Part shown: positions 27,601 through 32,000 of the stretch, piece after piece | Layout of the letters: each line of letters starts with the position of its first letter | Numbering within the stretch: the stretch's first letter is position 1 | DNA from: Candidatus Poseidoniaceae archaeon | Lineage (GTDB): Archaea > Thermoplasmatota > Poseidoniia > Poseidoniales > Poseidoniaceae | Assembly (NCBI GenBank): GCA_943789275.1 | Contig: CALSTM010000003.1 | Coordinates: 480,001-512,000 of the forward strand | Reading direction: 5' to 3' | Length of the DNA: 32,000 bases | The notes under the pieces: generated by a model | The model's input: the letters and a program-made list of their open reading frames with translations, nothing else | Told to the model about the DNA's origin: nothing | Database searches by the model: none | Position numbers and translations under genes: made by a program

Positions 27601-27834
27601 GGCTTCTCTTCACTTCCTGTTGGAATCGAATGGTCATCGATGCTCAGAGTTCCAGAGCGAGATGAAGTCTTGAGAATGCGAAGTCTGCGAATTGCCGTTG
27701 AGGACGCTGGTATCACTGTCCATGATGTTGTTGTTGTTGGCGATGATGATGCTCCAGTTCTTGCACTCAAGGGCCTTCGATTGAAGAGTATGGCTCCAGT
27801 GGCACAAGAAGATGCGTTCACGCTCGACCGGTGA
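18691..27834 (+). CDS. Type I multidomain fatty-acid/polyketide megasynthase, PfaA-like with an extra ketosynthase: KS-AT-(degenerate carrier)-KS-ACPx4-KR-DH
   Basis: Uninterrupted 3047-aa ORF. All domain signatures were read directly from the translation; see the domain features below. No ER, TE or FabA-type DH domain is present in cis. Confidence 0.95.
   Translation: [3047 protein letters not shown]
18745..20121 (+). other. Ketosynthase domain 1 (KS1)
   Basis: [15 protein letters not shown]. Active-site Cys in MDAACASSL (TGT 19366-19368). [14 protein letters not shown] and [12 protein letters not shown] supply the His-His pair. [17 protein letters not shown] is the C-terminal signature. 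Confidence 0.92.
20596..21495 (+). other. Malonyl-CoA:ACP acyltransferase domain (AT)
   Basis: [30 protein letters not shown] (active Ser, codon at 20902-20904) and SHAFHS (an HAFH-type motif associated with malonyl specificity). Confidence 0.9.
21823..22050 (+). other. Degenerate carrier-protein-like segment between AT and KS2
   Basis: [45 protein letters not shown]...[11 protein letters not shown] aligns by eye with the downstream ACP repeats ([37 protein letters not shown]...LNHMIGYIQ). The D-T dipeptide is replaced by T-D. Confidence 0.35.
22153..23550 (+). other. Ketosynthase domain 2 (KS2), divergent but retaining Cys-His-His
   Basis: [13 protein letters not shown]. Active-site Cys in [12 protein letters not shown] (TGT 22777-22779). 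[40 protein letters not shown] (first His). [16 protein letters not shown] (second His). [16 protein letters not shown] is the C-terminal signature. Confidence 0.8.
23854..25110 (+). repeat. Four tandem acyl-carrier-protein domains (coding tandem repeat, period about 336-351 nt) separated by Ala/Pro-rich linkers
   Basis: Repeat units lie at about 23854-24081, 24187-24417, 24538-24768 and 24880-25110. Each reads ..VV(S/R/Q)HTGYP(A/S/D)DF(V/I)E(L/M)[20 protein letters not shown](D/E)(I/V)RD...[13 protein letters not shown]. Linkers resemble [27 protein letters not shown]. Units 1 and 2 share a 41-nt identical run (23911-23951 = 24247-24287). Confidence 0.85.
25228..26760 (+). other. Ketoreductase domain (structural pseudo-KR plus catalytic KR subdomains)
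   Basis: The NADPH-binding site is [25 protein letters not shown] is present. The catalytic region is [23 protein letters not shown] (SDR Tyr in the YxxxN context typical of PKS/FAS KR domains). Confidence 0.78.
26863..27810 (+). other. PKS-type dehydratase domain (double hotdog)
   Basis: The HxxxGxxxxP motif sits in [26 protein letters not shown] (catalytic His codon at 26974-26976). The second half contains YFHGPRFQ and [13 protein letters not shown]. There is no FabA-like DH/isomerase signature. Confidence 0.72.
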
Positions 27835-27838
27835 TGAT

Positions 27839-28597
27839 ATGAATGGGTTCGAGGAGATTTTTCCTCCACACGCCTTACCGGTTCGAGTACAGTGTTTTCG
27901 ATGTCCCGTTGAGGCACGAGACCTCGGGCAGGTTACACTTGCATCCGTTGATGAAGTTGCAACGTTTGCTGTGGATAAGCGCCGTGATGAACACTTGACT
28001 GGTCGTTGGTTACTTGCACAAGCAGTTGCTCAGTGGGGATTGGAACCTTCGATGTTGGAAGTTCGACGAACTGAACATCGAGCACCCATACTTGCTTACC
28101 TCTCCGGTCTTTGGATGAATACGCCTTTGCCTTCGATCAGTATTGGCCATTCAGAAGGTTGGGCGTATGTTGCTGTTGTTGAACCGGGATGGTCCATTGG
28201 AATAGACGCTGAATCTGCTGAACGTGGCATAGCACCCAATGCATTTGACATGATGGCAAAAGGAGATGAATTGGAATGGCTGAATGCTCATCCAGAACAT
28301 GCCATTCGGTTGTGGACTTCGAAAGAATCTGTACAAAAAGCGATGCAACTGGGCATGCATTTGAACCCCCGTAAAATTGTAATTCCAATTGGAGAATCAA
28401 TTGTAGATATTTCAATTGATAATTCAAAAATCCAATTGCAAAACTGGACATTTCGTGGTGCGAATATCTCGTTGGCTTGGCGACCGGAATCAGTACGGTT
28501 GAGAACGGCAGAGGATGATTTACTGGACCTCACGAGAAAGGCTATGCAGGAACAAGAATGGGGTGTTGGTTGTAAAACGACACAAGGGCGCGCCTGA
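27839..28597 (+). CDS. 4'-phosphopantetheinyl transferase, Sfp/PfaE type
   Basis: SIGHSEGWAYVAV, SIGIDAESAE (Mg-binding D/E motif) and RLWTSKESVQKA (the WxxKE[SA]xxK motif). The ATG at 27839 is 4 nt after the megasynthase stop. The ORF-track start at 27812 would overlap the megasynthase by 23 nt. Confidence 0.85.
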   Translation: MNGFEEIFPPHALPVRVQCFRCPVEARDLGQVTLASVDEVATFAVDKRRDEHLTGRWLLAQAVAQWGLEPSMLEVRRTEHRAPILAYLSGLWMNTPLPSISIGHSEGWAYVAVVEPGWSIGIDAESAERGIAPNAFDMMAKGDELEWLNAHPEHAIRLWTSKESVQKAMQLGMHLNPRKIVIPIGESIVDISIDNSKIQLQNWTFRGANISLAWRPESVRLRTAEDDLLDLTRKAMQEQEWGVGCKTTQGRA

Positions 28598-29050
28598 CTA
28601 CTTCCAAAACATGTAGGAATCACGGCTTGATTCCCACGGTAGACCCACTGCGATACCGAGTTCTGTCAAGACCACATAGTTGAACAGCAGGTAAATCACG
28701 TAGGTTGAGGAAATGACAAGGAGTGAGGTGTTGATAATTTTGCGTCTTTCTCGCTTGGCTTGATCAAGTGTGCATATGCCTTGATTTCGGAAATAGAATA
28801 CGAGTCCAACAACGACGCAAAGCAGGGCAATGAGCATCATTGTTCCTCTAAACCACCCGTAACCATCTTCGCCCCAGTACAGTGTGTTCGAAAGAGCTGC
28901 ACCGGTTGAAACAGTCGCCAATCCGAACATGACCATGACCACAGAGGGTAGGCAACACAGCGACGCCACAAATGTTGAGCCAGCCACGTATTTCCACATG
29001 GCTCGCACGGGATTTTGCTGCGAAACTGACGCATCAACCACCCCGGACAT
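28598..29050 (-). CDS. Small integral membrane protein (3-4 TM) with a Cys-Cys-x-Pro motif in TM1; weak resemblance to MerT/MerF-type metal transporters
   Basis: 150-aa ORF. TM1 is STFVASLCCLPSVVMVMFGL. After TM2 comes FRNQGICTLDQAKRERRK (a single Cys, then a basic loop). Further TMs follow. Its stop codon directly abuts the PPTase stop (0-nt gap). The functional assignment is speculative. Confidence 0.45.
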   Translation of the reverse strand: MSGVVDASVSQQNPVRAMWKYVAGSTFVASLCCLPSVVMVMFGLATVSTGAALSNTLYWGEDGYGWFRGTMMLIALLCVVVGLVFYFRNQGICTLDQAKRERRKIINTSLLVISSTYVIYLLFNYVVLTELGIAVGLPWESSRDSYMFWK

Positions 29051-29093
29051 GACTCCAAATCCTTCGTTTGCCTTTTGAAAGAGTGTATGTCAC

Positions 29094-29555
29094 CTAAGAA
29101 GAATCGGTGTCGATGTTATCCCAAAAGTTTGAACTTTGTTCTTCAGGCTCTTGTTGAGTTAACTCCTTGAGTTTTTTATTCACTTCCGTTCTTTTTTCTG
29201 CCGGTGTTTTGGATGCATAGAAGTTGACGCTTTCACCTCGAGTGCTGGTCTTGGTCGAACTGAAAATTGTCCCGTTTTCAAACGCCTCTCGGGCTTTCTC
29301 ACTTTTTGGAAATATTGCGAATCGAACGGCGGTAAAGCCTGCGTATTGCACCGCTAAACCTGCCAGAAGAAACGGTATCGTGAAACACACCATAAACGCA
29401 CCAAAAAGAACGGAACCTGAGGAAATTGCTTCGGGAACGATGAAGGTAGGGACAAGCGTAAACGGCATTCCAAAACTCATCAAAAAGATACCCATGAGTA
29501 TTGCGCCAAGTCGCTGTCCTTCGCTGAATTTTTCCTCGTTTGAACCGCCTTCCAT
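29094..29555 (-). CDS. Hypothetical membrane protein (two TM helices, charged C-terminal tail)
   Basis: 153-aa ORF. TMs are LGAILMGIFLMSFGMPFTLVPTFIV and VLFGAFMVCFTIPFLLAGLAVQYAG. I recognise no family. Confidence 0.5.
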   Translation of the reverse strand: MEGGSNEEKFSEGQRLGAILMGIFLMSFGMPFTLVPTFIVPEAISSGSVLFGAFMVCFTIPFLLAGLAVQYAGFTAVRFAIFPKSEKAREAFENGTIFSSTKTSTRGESVNFYASKTPAEKRTEVNKKLKELTQQEPEEQSSNFWDNIDTDSS

Positions 29556-29595
29556 AGAAGTTCACGCTCAGGTTTTGATAAAAGGATAATGTCGG

Positions 29596-31002
29596 TCAAG
29601 CATCGACATTACGGATTTCGGGTGTTTGGTCTGCGATAAGGAACTCGAGCATTGCAGCCCACATGACAAATTCAATCGATTTTTCAAGTTCTTCTTGTCC
29701 TCCAACGACTTCGACCATGTTGTCAAGCGTGTCGCTTGGCGAGTGGTAAGCGCTGTAATCGTCATCGTAGGCGCCAAGATGGAAGATGGTTTGGGCACCA
29801 AGGTCACGGAAGGTGACGTGGTCCGAGCGTCCAAATGTGTCTTCGTGGACATCGAATACCCGGTCCTCATGTTCGTCCCAGTGTTGGTCACAACCTGCAC
29901 CGTAGGTTCCGTCAATGCTGAGGTTCATTGGAGCTTTGAGGATGTTGCGATGAACATGGTCCATGACAGCGGTAATTTCTACATCGTCAACTTCCGGGTC
30001 GAAATCGGGTCCTGACCATGCGTGGTACGGGAACGGCTCACCAGTTTCTTTCATAGCAGGCCAGGATATCCCCATCATATCCATATTGATATAGAATCGA
30101 AGTTCCTTGTCCTTTGGAAGGCAATAGTCGCAATCGTTGTTCGCAAAGGCGTTTGATCCTCGCAATCCTTCTTCTTCTGATGACCACAGCGCGAGGAAGG
30201 TATCGCATTCGAATTGTATATCAACAAACGCCCGAGCAAAAAGCATCATCGAAACGGTTCCGGCATTGTTGTCGTAGGCTCCTTCGTATGTGCCACCGCC
30301 AGGTGGTCCACCAGGGGGTGCGATGTCCATGTGGGCGCCCATGCCTTGAACGCAGTCGTCATTTCGACCCTCTTTCCAAGCGATGATGTTGAGGGATTCA
30401 GGTTCGGCGGGATTGAGGTGGTCTGTCACTCGCATGATGTTGGCTTCATATCCCAATCCTTCGAAGTGCCCGTGGAAGTAGCTTGCGGCACGTTCAAACG
30501 CTGGATTTGGCGAGCCCATCCATCGGTTCACATATCCACCGCATTGACTTGAATCCGTACAAACGGAGAGGATGAAATCCATTTTCTGAAACCAGTCCTC
30601 GCCGTTGACAATAGGCGTTCCGTTCTCCACTTCAAGGTCGACAGCGGAGCCGGTTCCATCGGCGTACACCAAGGTGAGTGTGGTTGAGGTTACGTAAGGG
30701 GTTGTGAGGATTTTGCCGTTGAGTAATTCCCCACCTTGGACTTGTATGACGCCAAGTGGCACAATACTGTTGTCGACAAACAGCAAGACATCTTCAGGAA
30801 CAACCAGCCGAGTGCCTTCGCCTTCAAGGGTGAAGGTATGCCACTCACCGCTTCGAAGAGGTGTGTCTCCAGCCGGTGCAAAGTCAATGAAGAGGACTTC
30901 ACTGGCATCCAATGGTTCAGATTCGTTTTCGCCAAAGCAACCTGCTAACGGCGCCATGAGCATGAGTGCGATGAGTGAAAAAGCATAGATTGAGCGAGAC
31001 AT
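29596..31002 (-). CDS. M28-family metallo-aminopeptidase, probable lipoprotein
   Basis: M28 zinc-ligand blocks: GAHMDIA...GAYDNNAGTVSMMLFARAF, LWSSEEEGLRGSNAF, INMDMMG and RSDHVTFRDLGAQTIF. The N-terminus from the ATG at 31002 is MSRSIYAFSLIALMLMAPLAGC, a lipobox-like LAGC. An alternative ATG lies at 31014; the ORF track extends to 31116. Confidence 0.8.
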   Translation of the reverse strand: MSRSIYAFSLIALMLMAPLAGCFGENESEPLDASEVLFIDFAPAGDTPLRSGEWHTFTLEGEGTRLVVPEDVLLFVDNSIVPLGVIQVQGGELLNGKILTTPYVTSTTLTLVYADGTGSAVDLEVENGTPIVNGEDWFQKMDFILSVCTDSSQCGGYVNRWMGSPNPAFERAASYFHGHFEGLGYEANIMRVTDHLNPAEPESLNIIAWKEGRNDDCVQGMGAHMDIAPPGGPPGGGTYEGAYDNNAGTVSMMLFARAFVDIQFECDTFLALWSSEEEGLRGSNAFANNDCDYCLPKDKELRFYINMDMMGISWPAMKETGEPFPYHAWSGPDFDPEVDDVEITAVMDHVHRNILKAPMNLSIDGTYGAGCDQHWDEHEDRVFDVHEDTFGRSDHVTFRDLGAQTIFHLGAYDDDYSAYHSPSDTLDNMVEVVGGQEELEKSIEFVMWAAMLEFLIADQTPEIRNVDA

Positions 31003-31146
31003 GGTGACCCTCATTTTCAGCCCACAGTTCGCTCTTCTTATGGCTTCGCCTTTCGTGGGCTCAACCAACGCAGTGGTGCAGTGCATTTCGTGACCTTCAT
31101 ATAGGGTGACTTTCACGGCAGTATGTAACCGATGGTTCAGTAGTCA

Positions 31147-31152
31147 AGGAGG
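31147..31152 (+). promoter_or_regulatory. Shine-Dalgarno AGGAGG for the sHSP-like gene
   Basis: AAGGAGGG, with AGGAGG 7 nt upstream of the ATG at 31160. This supports that start over the ATG at 31106. Confidence 0.6.
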
Positions 31153-31159
31153 GCATCCA

Positions 31160-32000
<841 letters not shown>

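Noticed and set aside
18691-27834. Numerous 60-200-aa ORFs in other frames or on the opposite strand inside the megasynthase gene (e.g. 20761-21381 -, 21957-22367 -, 26515-26919 -, 27477-27917 -).
   Set aside because: They lie wholly within a 9.1-kb ORF whose translation shows continuous, recognisable domain motifs. Their own translations are low-complexity, Arg/Ser/Cys-rich and motif-free, as expected for shadow ORFs.
28598-29050. A mercury-resistance (mer) locus, inferred from the CC motif in TM1.
   Set aside because: No merA, merR or merP-like genes are in the window and the similarity is limited to a short motif. It is kept only as a low-confidence annotation.
31106-31159. Extended N-termini proposed by the ORF track using upstream or alternative starts (31106, 17846 GTG, 16622, 7561, 7035 GTG, 5906 TTG, 1893, 31116 for the M28 gene, 27812).
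   Set aside because: In each case a downstream ATG gives a canonical family N-terminus or signal peptide. It often has an SD-like element at 5-8 nt, for example AGGAGG before 31160. The extensions add non-conserved residues or overlap neighbouring genes. They remain possible but are less likely.

Overview
The window is gene-dense (about 21 CDS, intergenic gaps of 0-190 nt) and contains no rRNA, tRNA, CRISPR array or recognisable mobile element. I could not run any searches, so every call rests on motifs read from the ORF translations. The gene mix suggests a streamlined marine planktonic archaeon, possibly Marine Group II/Poseidoniales-like. That mix includes a divergent TBP-fold protein, a COG1099-type TatD hydrolase, an EF-1alpha/EF-Tu-like protein with a dead G domain, and very large acidic surface proteins anchored by a C-terminal TM helix. 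The taxonomic placement is inference only. The left third holds housekeeping and accessory genes: a CysJ-like flavoprotein, a SLOG/DUF2493 protein, biotin carboxylase, a PfkB kinase, a hotdog thioesterase and a ThiI-like PP-loop protein. The middle holds a 1963-aa surface protein translationally coupled to an unknown protein and to the TBP-like protein, followed by TatD and a second anchored surface protein. The most interesting locus is 17885-28597, a tight three-gene operon: FabI enoyl-ACP reductase, a 3047-aa type I megasynthase (KS-AT-[degenerate carrier]-KS-4xACP-KR-DH) and an Sfp-type phosphopantetheinyl transferase. All four tandem carrier domains carry Thr where the phosphopantetheine-bearing Ser is expected. 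A second Cys-His-His ketosynthase sits between the AT and the ACPs. Two mutually exclusive hairpins lie immediately upstream of the fabI start. The right end holds two small membrane proteins, an M28 lipoprotein peptidase, an sHSP-like acidic protein and the 5' end of dnaK.
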